A stretch of DNA of 64,000 nucleotides from Tubiluchus corallicola. Its lineage: Eukaryota; Animalia; Priapulida. Both the position numbers and the translations under genes were made by a program. The notes beneath the pieces are model-generated. The model was not told the origin of the DNA. It made no database searches and was given only the letters and a program-made list of their open reading frames with translations. Location: the NCBI GenBank assembly GCA_030141605.1, contig JAQGDQ010000039.1:558001-622000 (forward strand), in the 5' to 3' direction. This document shows, piece by piece, positions 11,261-24,959 of this stretch (the stretch's first letter is position 1; each line of letters begins with the position of its first letter).

Positions 11261-14200
11261 TAAAACGATTGAAACATCATGCAATTAGCATAATTTAGCT
11301 GTGATTTCTGCACACAATTTTAAAGAAATGACTAGTCGTTTTATTGCAGAACAAAATCTAGTGATATGCATGATCTTTGCAAGACTAATTTTTGCTGGTG
11401 GTTCGAAAATCTTTCAATCTCAATTCGAATTCGGTTCGATTTCGAGACACTGAAGTTCGGTTCGATTCGAAAGTCATAATCGCTTTCTGGTAGAGAATGC
11501 TCACCCCTACCAAACACCCGAAACTGCGGTAACCGCGACAGTCAAAAATAAATGACTGCAATGGTGGAGAAACTAAAAATACTAAAGGGAATCGTTCTTT
11601 TACACTCGGTTATAAGAATTAACATTACAGGGATTTGAAAATATAGCAGGAGAAAATGTTAGATTTATGCTCATCCATTCTGTCCTACAAAATGTGCCAA
11701 CATGGCTCCACTGATAAAAAAGCAAAACGAAAAAAGATTGCAATTTTTTTGTTATGCTCGTTTCAATATTGTGCTTTCAGGGTGTAGCATCTTAGAATCA
11801 TCTGATTTAATAAAATAAAATTCCAAGGGCTGTGGTATGAACGCCCATGCAACAAGAGCTTGCGATTGATTTGCAAGAACACACAACGTCAAAGGCCACT
11901 TTCAGATCATAGTCACAGCACACATCGTTCTGATTCTGAATTTTTAGGCCATTGTATTTGAAGTAACAGTAATATTTACATTTACACTGTGTTTGACATC
12001 TCAATGGTAATCAAAAAGGGACTTTTTCTTTATTATTTTGGACTCAAAATCTGCAAATCCGCAAATTGGCTTCTTCTTGAGTTATAAAAATCAATCATAT
12101 CGTTCAACTAATCACAACAGCCTACGAAATGACAATGTACTGAAAGTATGACTGTTTTAAAGTGTTTACTAAACTGAAAAATAAAAAATTCCAACACCAA
12201 ACTATATAAAAAGAGGAAAAATTTATTTTTGCATTTACCACAAAAATATTTACGAATCCATCTTGCACAGTTTGACAAGAATCATACCTATTTACAAATT
12301 TTTCAGCATTTGCACTTATTTTGCAAATACATGTAGCATACGGTACACGTACATTCTACAAACTTTTCCCCAGTTTTAACATCTTTTTTACGGAAGACCT
12401 TTGATCACATTTGGTCTTCTTTGCTTCCACCAGCACATATACCAGACATTGCTAAATTACCGCCCCCTTGTAGAACTTTATCATTATTACAAGGCAATAG
12501 CCTTTTACGAAGACCAATTGTGTGAATCACACGTTTTTCATTGATAACAGTAATGGTGGCCCCACTGGTGGTGGTGAAGAGGATCAGAGTATCTACGGTA
12601 TCCACGGTATTGATTTTAAGCCTTCTTGTGCTGAGGAATTCAAGCAGCCAAGAGTCTGAAAGTTGACAATTATACCTAAAACGCTACTAACCACGCGAAC
12701 AAGCTAGTGGCGTTAAAATAAAGCTTCTTCCATGCATGCTAACTAGTGCGAAAGTTTACAGTTTAGTTATCTAAACACATTTGCAAATAAATGACGCCTA
12801 CAATATAGTGTACGAATTAAATATCCAAACGGTTTCCAAATTAACTGTATGCCCTAAATTCTCAAGCAGAAATAAGTTAAAGTCGTTTATATCATATAAA
12901 GGCACCCCATCTCATTTCATTCAGTGGAATTGAAAGTAGAGCTTTACAGAGTAACAGATAAATTGTAAGGGCATCAGTATCAACTACCTAAATTCACCAT
13001 TACTTGTGATATACAGGGAAAATTGGCAAATAAATTTCAAATGTCACAAAACGCATGAAACTATGTGAATATAACCTTAGAAAATAATATTGTTGGAAAA
13101 TTTGTCTAAGAAATTTTGTGTGCAACAGTGCAACAGAATCAAGTAGTGCAACAAAGGATATGCACAAAACAACACAATGTTTCAGAGTTCTACTCAAAAA
13201 GACGTGTTTGTCCGAGACAAAGGCTGTGGCCATTAAACTACACACAGAATACTGAAGGATAGAAAACTGATGAGCCACTTAGCCGTAGTCAGGCGTCCAT
13301 GCAGTTAAAACATGTATTCAGCAAAAGGTAGGGCTATTCCACAGAACTATAACCTTCCAATATCACAAGTCACTAATTTGCTATTGGCGTAAGAAAGTGA
13401 GAAACATTAGTTGCAAGTCTCCAGCAACTGTACTGTAAGATAAATATGCCATGTGTAGGAATATTGTGAAATTCAATTCATCACTTGGTTTTTTTCAAAG
13501 GGAAAAGCTATCAGTGATCATGATCCAGTGATCAGTGGTTTCCAAGGAATATCCAAAGCACAAGACAGCAAACGTACTATTGCGTCACAAAATACAGAGA
13601 TTCCTGACAAACAACAAATTTCTTCTCCCTCTTGGACACAAGTGTCCACTTGTGTAGTTGAAAAACTAATTATGCCACCTTGCAAATTCATCATTGCCCC
13701 CTCGTGCGAACTAGAACATGTGTATGGCAACTGTCCCCTTGGACTTCAGTAATTGCCCAGAGCAAAAATATGTGCTTTGAAAAGGGCACTACAAGTCACA
13801 AATAAAATTGAAAAATGCAACCATACATCTATTAAAAAGACGTTGACAACATCTAATAATAGTTAAACCAATACATCAATATTTCTGTTTGTGCCATTCA
13901 TAAAAATCCAACTTTGTTACAACACAAAACTCTTCGAACCTGACAAATTAGTCGTCATCGGTGAACAGGAACCCACATAATTATCATATACACGTAATTA
14001 TAATAGTTGTACGTATATTTAAAAAATCTGGAATATGTTTCGCCAATTTCTACGAAGTCCGAGTTCACAACCTCACAGTGAAACAGGAACCATTCCAAGT
14101 CAAAATATTACCAACGCTTACAAAATACATTGACGAATACCTAAACATCAACCAAAAAAAGAAAAAAGATATCACAACAGTTAGTACTAGACTTGGCTGG

Positions 14201-14752
14201 CAGTCACACAAAAGACTGCAATTGTGTGCAGCAAGGCCATACATGAACATCAGGTTCTAGTACAGAAACATCTTCTGTACCACTATTCTTTGTGAGCAGT
14301 TTTACTTCTGTAGCCTAGATAAAATATTCACTATATAATCATCTATGAAGAATATATAGATATACATATATATATATATATATATACATTTTCATACTCT
14401 TAACCATAATTAATAAATCGAAAAATGATATATTGGTATAATATATACTTGTAGCTCCTTCTAGGAAATGTCTGATGCATTACACTAGATGACAAATGAA
14501 CTCTATGAAAATCCATACCACTAGGTTCAGAAATTTCTAAATAAGTTTTCATGAATTTCTTCAGACGTTTGGTGCAATGAGTCTCGCACTTCTAGCTTAC
14601 AAGCTCCATCTGCTTGCCACCATGGCAAAGCATAAATGCAATTTGGCTGGCAGTTGATGTGAACGTTGAGCCTCTGTCTGTGTAAGCGTGTGTAAATAAA
14701 CGTGTTATTCAGGCTTCAATGTGACCTCTGGCAGTTTGTTGGATTAAGCGGC

Positions 14753-14905
14753 TTAATTATTTTCAATCTCAGAAAGATCTAGGTCACCGAAGATTCCATC
14801 AGGACTAGGAGCTGGCTTACCAGGCAGTTCTGCATCCTCACTTTCCTCAGTCCAATCAATTCCCTCCGTGGCTTCATTGATGACGCAATCCACACCATTC
14901 AAAGA
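14753..14905 (-). CDS. FAM53: FAM53-like protein, terminal coding exon
   Basis: tttcag acceptor (AG at 14906-14907), phase 0; encodes SLNGVDCV...GDLDLSEIENN*, matching the FAM53 C-terminal LDxxxIENN motif. Confidence 0.85.
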   Translation of the reverse strand, partial: SLNGVDCVINEATEGIDWTEESEDAELPGKPAPSPDGIFGDLDLSEIENN

Positions 14906-16980
14906 CTGAAACAGAAGGTACCAAAGCATGAATTTATCATAAAATAAAGTAACACGGGCATGAAACATTTATTATCATTATTTGCGTGTAATATGCTATT
15001 TAAAAAAGCTGACATATAAAAAGCATTTGATCTGATATAAAATACCCATTATAGTATTTTGCAATGTATCAGTAAGTGCTGGAACTTTCGCTTATATCAT
15101 ATTATTCTTATCATCACCACTACTGATGATATTTTTGATAAAATACAATTTCACCTGACAATCAACAACTTCACAAATAGCATTAGGTGACAATCTGTGG
15201 TTTACGTTCAAACTTTCATTATTTTGACATGTCTCATTTGATGCTATGACTGCTAAAAGCAGTGATGTAAGATGTTTTGATTTTCCACGTCTGTCAGTGT
15301 AGTGAGGACAACGTACATGTCTGATAATGTATCTTATTTGTAACATTCTTTATTTGCATAAAAACAGGGGAATAGCTTATATGGAAGTGAATAAAGGTCA
15401 ATGGCCTATAATGTCAACAACCAGTAATGACCAGTTGATTTGAACCAGCAATCAAGCCCATTACCCATTTATTTGTCAGAAAGGCCATCTGCAGGGCCAT
15501 CCAGATGATCACTGGAAAAATAAATCTACGGATGATGGTGCTAGCGCGTGGTTTTCAATCAAGAACCCATGTATGCTATAAGATGCAATGACTGATTCGC
15601 AACGCATTCAGACGCTTACACGGAAAAGCTTGAAGTCAAAGTCGATCCAGCTTAATGCACCTAGAACCGAGCTGCAGTTGCATTACTATTGCCAGCGCGC
15701 GGTGAAGACGATGATGGAAGACGATTTTTGAGAAAAGTAGTCAAACAGAAGTGGCGATTAATTTATGCAGTTACTGGAAACAGTGGCAAATTGACCCGGT
15801 TTTCCCGTCTATTGGGATGCGCTCCGCATTTTGCCGATTGGGCTCAAGTCCAAAATTGACAAATAACCAATACTGTCAGAAAAAATTACCAGCAGCAAGT
15901 AGTGTAAATCCCGCAGGGACGCACTTAGTCACCGCGTAATCAAATGATGATGTACGATTTACAAGTAGCTGCAAATTTCATTAGCACAAAGACATTTTTG
16001 ACGCTCATTCCAATGCGCGCGGAATTTGTAATATCGTGGAAGCTAGCTGAGATGTAAAAACGCTTTTTTGTTTACGCAAGTGCAAGAACTTCCGCCAGCG
16101 TCGCACTCACATTGTCTGTTTCGAAGCCTGAATATTTGGAATTAATCCTTGTAGTCCCTAGGAACTAAGCTGCAGAAATCACCTTTTAGTAACTTACAGC
16201 GTCATGCTGTAATCCTAGAAATTAAACTGATAGTAATGCGATATTGTCAATGCTGAAATTACTTCTGAAAGCAGTGAAAAAATTGCAAGCCCGATTTCAT
16301 GAATTACGCTTTTTAAAACCAACTCCAAAATTATGAACAAAATTGGATATATCAACATGTTTGAATTTGAACAAAGAATTCCATGCGCCCGCATATGCAT
16401 CAATCTTTATCGAAAGATACATTTTAACAGATTTCTTAAACGTCTAAAGGTATTACAGTCACTCTAAATATTTTGCTACAAGAATATTTATGTTGGTAAA
16501 TGCCCATGTAAATGAAAGTTCAATATGAACAATTGAATTGATGTGTTGTATTAATGATGAGTACTCGACTACGATCATCAACTGGGGAACCAACATTCAG
16601 CATCTTTGTTTGTGATCAGCTTCCGCGGAGAGCTGATTACACACTACTTGTTATTCATAATAAGAAGGCTGGGTTTTATTAATCCTTGCGCACATAAATA
16701 TTGCTTCATCTTGGTCATTACGGCGCGCATCCACGCCATTACAATGGAGCCGAGTCAGTCGTTTGCGGTGATGAATAGGCAGTTTATAAACAGGAACGCT
16801 CGGGTAAAATGAAATGGCCATTGCAATCTCTTCTTTTTGATGATGAAAGAGTTCATTGGAGGCCGTCAGTTGTTTTAGATAAGTCATGCAGTTCGATTAA
16901 GGTCGTCTTCATTACAGCTAACGTGATACGGTTGTCAAAATGAATTCGATTCCCCTAAGAAGGCATGGTAGCTTGCATGG

Positions 16981-17200
16981 GTGGTTCTACAAGGGTCAAC
17001 TATGACACCCATAATATTATTAATATACATAAGTAATAATTAACTAGGCTAGATTGTTTCTACAAGGGTCAACTGTGACAACCATAATATTACTAATATT
17101 CATAAGTAATAATTAACTTGGGCCAATTCTGTTACCTTTAATATGTAATTATTGCTGCCTGGGTGGTTCGAAAAGGGTCAATTCTGTCACCGATAATATA
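16981..17200. repeat. Degenerate ~73-bp tandem repeat, ~3 copies
   Basis: ttctacaagggtcaact...cataagtaataattaact at 16985 and 17058; diverged copy near 17166. Confidence 0.8.
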
Positions 17201-18699
17201 CAAAATGACAAATTCCCGGAAAGTCGATTCTACAATCAGCCTCTGACATCTCCATTAGTGAATTCCGAATCCCGATGGGCAAACAAAACCGAATTGCCAC
17301 AAGAAAAAATGGTAATTGCTGAGAACGCTCTGCGCCGAGCTGTAACATGAAGCCAAGTGGAAGGATACAGGAAGCGGCTTAATGAATTCTACTGGTGATA
17401 AAAAATAATGGCTTCCTGCTTGTGGTAGCATGCAAATGCGCGCGACAACAGCTTAAATCCCATCTAATCTTATTCAATTCAGAAAAGTGAATCTAAAATG
17501 AGCTATAAGGCTTAGACTTACTAGCTCGTTCCATATCCCTACGACAAATATGGGCATAAGTTTAGTTACATTATTTTCATGTAAATTACGCGCCTCGGGG
17601 TAGAATACATGTTAGGCATGGCGAAGGCGGACAAGATAAATCTGAGTCTAAACGAAGCCAAAGAGTTGGAATAATTTTACGGTTTCTCGTTGAGAATAAA
17701 TCAGTCAGCGCTGATAGGATTTGTGCAAATTGCGAAGATCTTGAGTGTATATAAACGAACCATGCATCAAGCTGCCCATACGTGTGTGGCAAACACAAAC
17801 ACAAACCTAGCAAGTGCACTCTCTAAGGCGGTTTCAAAAACAAGGCCCCGGCTAACTGGCTGTGAACTGTGAAGACGGGGGGAAATCCATTTTTATTTAA
17901 AACAGAAATGCATGGACGTGCTACATAGTTACAAAGCTTTACAAATGTTATAGCGGCTAGAAATTCTTTTTCTTAATGTTGTTGGTGGCTGACGGCGCAT
18001 GCGCAAACTCTGGCAATCACAGTAGAAAACTGGATTTGGAGTCATATTGCAGTGGCAAGTTACGTGGGGAGTAAGTTAAGTCTACATTGTACAATTCCTT
18101 CGTGTTCATTGGCTATTTGATAGGTCTTTCAATGCATTAGCTTTTTAATTAGTTTACAGTTCCCGTATTATGACTACATAGGTATTTACGTAAAATTTTC
18201 AAAGTCACACTGTGACTCACACCACGTGTCACCGACGCCAATCAAAGGCCAGTTGACACCAACAATCACGGAATGAGTCAAGAAAGATTTATTTATTCTA
18301 AAATTGCGTATGCATGGATCTAGCTCAGTATAATGTTGCAGAAAATTACTGAGTAATGTTAATAACACAAATCTTTGAAATGATACAAATATGGACCCAT
18401 TATAAGACCTCAAGCCGCATAATAACGTCATCAACTAACTAGCGCTGAGCGACTGTCTGGTAATGACAGAAACAACTTTTCAGTTATGTTGTAACGACCC
18501 GTTATCAACTCGGATAATACATAGTAGGTCACCTATTTTTTCGCCCCACATCTTGAATGTTACATATATACGCATTAACGGTAAAAGAAACCTACTTTGG
18601 GGAGTTTAAGCTTCATGCTTGACTGACCGATACTTCGTTTCAGACGGTTTAGTGACATCTGATTAAACAGGAAAGACGATTCTCTGAAAAGTATAGACG

Positions 18700-19331
18700 A
18701 CAGACGCAACAGCACCCAACTTCGCGCTGAACGCCAAGCAAGACGACAGACAGAGCAGCCAACTTCTCATAGAATACCAAGCAAGATGACAGGCGCATAA
18801 GCATCCAACTTCGCACAGAATACCAAGCAAGATGACAAACGCCAGCACCCAACTTTGCACAGAATATCAAGCAGGATGACACACGTAGCAGCACCTACCT
18901 TCACGCAGAATACCAAGCAACGTGACAGACGCATCAGCATCCGACTTCGCTCAGGATATGAAGCAAGATGACAGGCGCATAAGCATCCAACTTCGCACAG
19001 ATTACCAAGCAAAGGTGACAGACCCATCAGCACTTAACTTCGCACAGAATACCAAGCAAGATGGCAGACGCAACAACACCTAACTTCGCACAGAATACCA
19101 AGCAAGATGACAGGCGCATCAGCATCCAATTTCGCACAGAATACCAAGCAAGATGACAGGCGCATCAGCATCCAATTTCGCACAGAATACCAAGCAAGGA
19201 GACAGGCGCATCAGCATCCAGTTTCGCACAGAATATCAAGGAAGATGACAGGCGCATCAGCATCCAACTTCGCAAAAAATACCAAGCAAGATGACTGACG
19301 CATCAGCACCCAACTTCGCACAGGATACCAA
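18700..19331. repeat. 46-bp minisatellite, ~14 copies
   Basis: Consensus caagcaagatgacaggcgcatcagcatccaacttcgcacagaatac; explains the overlapping ORFs at 18649-19298. Confidence 0.95.
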
Positions 19332-20956
19332 ATATTCATTAGCATTACTTGCAATCCACGATTTCAGGGAAAATTATTCCTCAGCGTGAATGTAGTTTGA
19401 ACAGAACTTCAAGACAATCAAATTTCATTTTAGCAGATTATTGGCATTAATGGGTTTATCCGTTCCTGGAAGCGCAATGTTTTCTCCACATAAATTTTAG
19501 CCGTCAAAGGCGGCCATTAAGTGTAGCTTCATCTACATGATTTCTTCCTCGGTGAACGTACAGCTCATCTGCATGATAAAATCACTGGGAGACAAAAACC
19601 CTTAGCAAAGTCGTTGGATACTCACAAGGCCCAAGCACATATAATGTATTCTTACACAGGCTCATGCACAATCCTACATAAATGGCTTTTACACACTGTT
19701 TATTTTGCTAATCAACCAGTTAACAACCGATTAGCAATCTTTTGAAATTATACCTCATTATAAACACTAGCATGAAATCTTGACGTTTTTTGGATTTCAT
19801 TATACTGTCAATTAACCATTGATACTATACATTCTTACGCAAATAATTTGTTTCCAAACCTCGGTGCTCGCATGTGGTCTTGTACTTAGGATCTAAATTC
19901 ATAGAAATAAATGTAAGGCTCTGAGCCAAGCGAGACATGGAAAACTAGCATCAGAAGAGGCCGTCAGTATATTATATAGTTACATTACGCTTTACATCAT
20001 TGTCTTTACCACAGAAAAAAGTTCTACTAAAGATTTGTTGTCAAGAAAAATAATAATTTAATCATATGATCTACGGTATCTTGAATTCACAGAATTCATA
20101 CACATTCTGAATTACCCCCCCCCCCCCCAAAGAGTAGGAAACTGTGTCAGCTATTGGAAGAAATATCTTCGTCAAGTTTGTACTGAAAATGGTGGACTCA
20201 TGGAGCACTAGCTGTAAATCTTAACAAAAGTGATACACAAAAAGTTTTCCGGTATTTGTTTTTTGATTTGTTGTTTTAAGACTTCTGTATCTTTGGACAA
20301 ATTCAAGGAAATGACTCAAATTTTTTGGTGTTTATGCGTAAGCGTGTGTAACGTTAGTGTAGTAATTTTCAAGTAATTCCATTATTTGCTTCTTATAATA
20401 TCGTGATCAAAACTTCAGCACATATTTTGCGCCACCTGATATACCATAACAATTAATAATATGAAATGTAGAACTCTTAAAGGCCTTCATAATAAATGTC
20501 TTCACGTATTCGTGGTTGATATTCTGAGTACATGCAGCAACTATGAAATGAAGTAAGTTTCTTTTCCTTCTTTGCATTTCCGATCACATTTTATTTAATT
20601 CAACCAGACTTAACCAAATAATATTAATAGTATAAAACTGAGTCGCAGGAACAGTTATCAGGGAGAATTCTTCATCCGTGGTTTATAAACACGATCAATG
20701 GCGCTTAGGAATGAACGTCTTGGCTTGGCTTGCAATAAATCAGACTAATCTTAAACAACCGAGACTTGTTGCTTTCAGCTAATTTAAACACTGCAGCGTC
20801 GTGACCAGTTTAAAGATTTAAACACATCCCGGCAGGGACTCTGACCACCACTAAGCAGGCTGAAAGGTTAATTTATGCCAAACGACACGCTGAAATGCAA
20901 TGCAGTTTCAGAATTTTTATGCTTTGTAGCTTTGTAGCTTCATAACTGTTGTTGAT

Positions 20957-20990
20957 AGGGAGGGAGGGAGGGAGGGAGAGGGAGAGGGAG

Positions 20991-21082
<92 letters not shown>
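20957..21082. repeat. (GA)n microsatellite with GGGA lead-in
   Basis: Directly visible. Confidence 0.97.
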
Positions 21083-21086
<4 letters not shown>

Positions 21087-24000
21087 CAGAGAATGCGAAA
21101 AAGTGGGAGGGAGACGGAAACAAAAAAGAAAGAGAGATTAGGAGTGAAAGGGAAGGGAGGTAAGAGAGAAAGACAGTACTAAACCTAAAGTTGTAAACGT
21201 AAACAAATTATGTGACACAAAAACAGAGTTGAAAAAAGTAGCTTATCAGTTTCAACGGCACATTTCCTCTCATAACCTTCTGCGACGTTGCTAGATGAAA
21301 TTTTGTTGACTCATAACGTTTCCATTGTAAATATTCTATGATAATAGTGTAAGCTTAATTTTGCGGACCATCACGCAGCTTCTTAAACAACCTTTTTTTG
21401 GAGGTTTGAGAAAGAAAGCAAAGGAAGAGAGATTTTAAAATTTTATAGCGACAAAGAGAAAGTATGAAATTTCAGGCTAACTCAATAAGACCTTTCTGCT
21501 CAACCTTTTGGGTTTTTTGCTGTTTCAGTAAAGAGAAGCTGAACAAACAGCTGATGACGCATCGCAGACCGAGCTGCACACTCCATCCCATCATACAAGC
21601 AAATCAAATGACGTGTGTAATGCGAACGGGCGGATACATTCGCTTGGGTTTGCTGTGCCCGAGGGCGGATCCACTCGTGAAACTGCTTTACATGCACGGG
21701 ATGAAGCGCAGCTTGATTTCATTATACAGATAACCTGATGAAGCTGGGAACCCTATCACAGCAGCTTCCCTTCCGTGAGAGTTGAAACCAAGTTCAAATG
21801 CATCCATAAATACCGAGCAGACAGGCAGGCAGCGCACAGATTCATCTATTATAACTCGCTATTTTATCATAATAATACCAGGCGAGAACTAGTTATGTAA
21901 CACCGTTTCCCTCATCAATCTAGATAAACCTTGCCTAGCATGTCAACTGCCTGAATGGATATTACTTGCTTTGAGAGGTGTGAGACAAATGAATAAAGTT
22001 TCAACTGAAAGATCAAGACCAGTTATACGACTGTAGCACGCACAGGCACACAACCCATCAAAAATCTAATAAACTTCGACGATATAATAACTTTCAGTCG
22101 GGAGAATGAGAAAAAGAAGCACTATTTGCATTCGATTTCTCATTCAGCAATCAAAGAGATCTTTTTCTGATTGAGGCTTATCGTTATTCTCAATTCACGG
22201 GAGGGGGTGAGGTCCGCAGAAGAGAAACAAACGCTCGTCTATAAGAAATCTCAATGAATACGGCTGATATCTGATCATATAGCAGCCACATCTTTTAAGT
22301 TGAACCCATCAACAGTGCGGTAGATCAGGAATTTGGTTGCTGTCTACATGTAGCAGAAGCCACAGCACCCAGCAATGAATACGCGCATTACTGAATAGCC
22401 CAGTGAATATGAAGCCGTGGTGAATAGAGAGAACTCGTTACCATTCCTTATTACAATCACTCCTGCTTGTCCTTCGCGAACATTACTGATGTTTTCCTAG
22501 CGCAAATAATATAGTCAGCGTAGAAGCGCATAAATGCTGACTCGCAGACGATCTGAATGTGACAAAGCCGGCACATTGTGCGCCAATTTTTTTTCCTTTT
22601 ATAATGAAAGTCGCAGAGAGGAAGCGAAGGAGCCTCCTTATATGTCGTCAGCAAGAAAGAGCGACTACATTATTAACTAATGAGGATCGAGTCTTGCAAT
22701 ACCCCACAGCCTTGCTGCGCAAGAACTTTTCATATGGGCAAAGAAAAGGATATCAAGCCAATAATGTAAATAAAAGAGCACCTTGAAAGAGATGACGATG
22801 GCTATGATGATGATGATGATGGATGTGGACTATGAGGTCATGCAGGGTGAAATTAAAATCAGAGCTGTCGTCTTTATTACTCTGTCAAAGATTTATGGCA
22901 CAATATTCTCAAAGCACCTGTCTTTAATGTACCATCTGTGAATACGATATAAACACTTCTTCATCATAGATCAGTACTGGATTAATGGATTTGGAACAAT
23001 CTGTAGAATTCTCTACAGACTTTCACACACTGCAAATCAGAATCCAGAATTCAAAGGCACATTACTAATGTTGAGCGGTTGTGGTGGTGGAACAGGGGCG
23101 TAGCTCATTACCAAGAATAATCCTTGAACAATTGAACTGACAAAGGTGCCTTAATCACTTCTCTTATCCTCTCCCAACGAAACAAACAACTGGAGAAATA
23201 TGGCATATGAAACTGCTCAAAAGCAGTCTCTTAACGGTCACCTATCCGTTTGCGAACTAGGTCCTCCTGGCTTAACTTCGTAGACATCAGAAAATGTGAC
23301 AAAAATTAGCGACAATACGAATTCGTCCAATTTATAAATGGCAGTATTTTTGTGCCGATTCATAGGATTCACACCCTCTGTAAAAGGAAGGTACGCGCTG
23401 TGTATTTATTGATTTAGCTCGAGACTGGTTTCTAAAAACTTAAACATTGCTGACTTTAATAGCTGGTAGATGGATAGACGACAGACACACAATCTGACAA
23501 TTTGTAAATCTGGTACACCTAACGTAAAGATACACTTCGCTCAGTGATAGGATTTGACAAACCCCATTAATAGATGAAGCGCTCACTGATGATGGCGCCG
23601 CTGCTTTCCAGTTTAGAAGTTCTCTTCAATTCACGCTCTTTATTATACAAAAAAAATAGTAAAGGATGTCATGTCAATCACTTGAGGTTTCCTCGCTGTT
23701 TTTTTTATACAAGAAATAGTAAAATATGTCATGTTTATCACTTTTCAATTGAAAGGAAAGAAAAAGAGAGGTATACGATGCCTGAAAAGCGAGCGAAATT
23801 CCGCATCATCGGTTAACAAGGGCTAAAGCTAACGGCCAATCAGGCTAGAGTGGGATCATTAAAAGCCTGATGCTTGACACATCAACTACAGTAATTATCC
23901 GATTTCTGATGGCCCGCTATTTGCTCGTTAGCTATATTCCATCTGTCGTTATTATTACACTTAACAAGAATCCCCGCCTAGAAATAGAAGCGATGCATAC

Positions 24001-24189
24001 TAACAATAGCAATTGTCATTTACAACGTAAGATTATTTGATTAAAACTAGTCATAAAATACAGGATCACGAACCGTGAAAACAATTATACTACATATTAA
24101 CAGAAGATGTATTACAAACAGGTTGGTGCATTTTGAAATAACACAGGTTTGCTACTTCAATATAACCGGCTTCTTTACGCAAACTTTTT

Positions 24190-24720
24190 CATCTTCCGTT
24201 TCGGGTTAGAGTTATCAGACGACTCAGGCTCATGACTAACAGTCATTACGGGTGTCACGTGGTTTGAGCCTCGTGTGTACGTGCGTTTGCGTGATGTGCG
24301 TACGCGCGTAATATGTGGCATTCTTTTCAAAAATTTATGACTTAAAGTTTAAATTTGGAAAGCATCAGATTGTTAAATCCGAATCTAACTTGCAATTCAT
24401 CATATGGGTAAAAAGAACCCAGATTTTTCTCTGCGCTTTTGTACTGAACTCCATTAAGCTCTGCCAGTCCTGACCGCAAGTTTCGCGAAAAAAGCCAAAT
24501 CCTTAAACGCGAAAATGAAATTATAGTTTCTCGGATGAAAGGTGTATTAACACATGACATGAACGCTGACGTTTGCTGACATGTGCACCATAATGAAATT
24601 CATCGATTTTGGCCCATAGGAAACATTTTTGCACAAACGTTCATTGGTGCAGTTCGGCGGATTCACAGAAGGGTGGTTCTATGTGACAATCGGGAATACC
24701 GCGCCATAGAATAATCTTTC
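24190..24720. mobile_element. Probable non-autonomous interspersed element (DINE-1/Helentron-like)
   Basis: CpG-rich block with an internal gtgcgt-type microsatellite (24273-24310) after a unique head, a layout typical of DINE-1/HINE-like elements; termini not established. Confidence 0.3.
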
Positions 24721-24959
24721 TGATGCAATTTCGATTTAAAAGGAAAAGTGCACAACCCGATATAAAAATAGGCACATTTGTTACTTCAGGTGAAATAATG
24801 CTACTCGCGAAATGTTGTATTGATAGCAGTTGCTGGCAACAGTGCAGCCACTGTCACTCGCGGTTGTTGTTGCTGCTGCTGCTGTTTATTGTTATTATTA
24901 TTATTGTTGTTGTTGTTGTTGTTTACGACTCGTGTTGAGAAACGAGCTTAGTGTTAATA

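Larger units (their letters stand above)
9151..11509. mobile_element. hAT-type MITE (~390 bp) interrupted by the RTE LINE
   Basis: TIRs TAGGAGTGAGCAT (9151) / ATGCTCACCCCTA (ending 11509), 12/13 match; perfect 8-bp TSD CCAAACAC at 9143-9150 and 11510-11517; TTCGAA-rich subterminal regions in both halves. Confidence 0.88.

Noticed and set aside
20917-21182. ER/SL-repeat proteins (also 30097-30567, 39207-39648, 43170-43612, 52810-53082)
   Set aside because: Translations of microsatellites.
21239-21260. TAGCTTATCAG resembling the start of miR-21, and TGGAATGTAA near 43855 resembling miR-1
   Set aside because: Matches are only 10-11 nt with no precursor hairpin; the second lies inside a LINE remnant.
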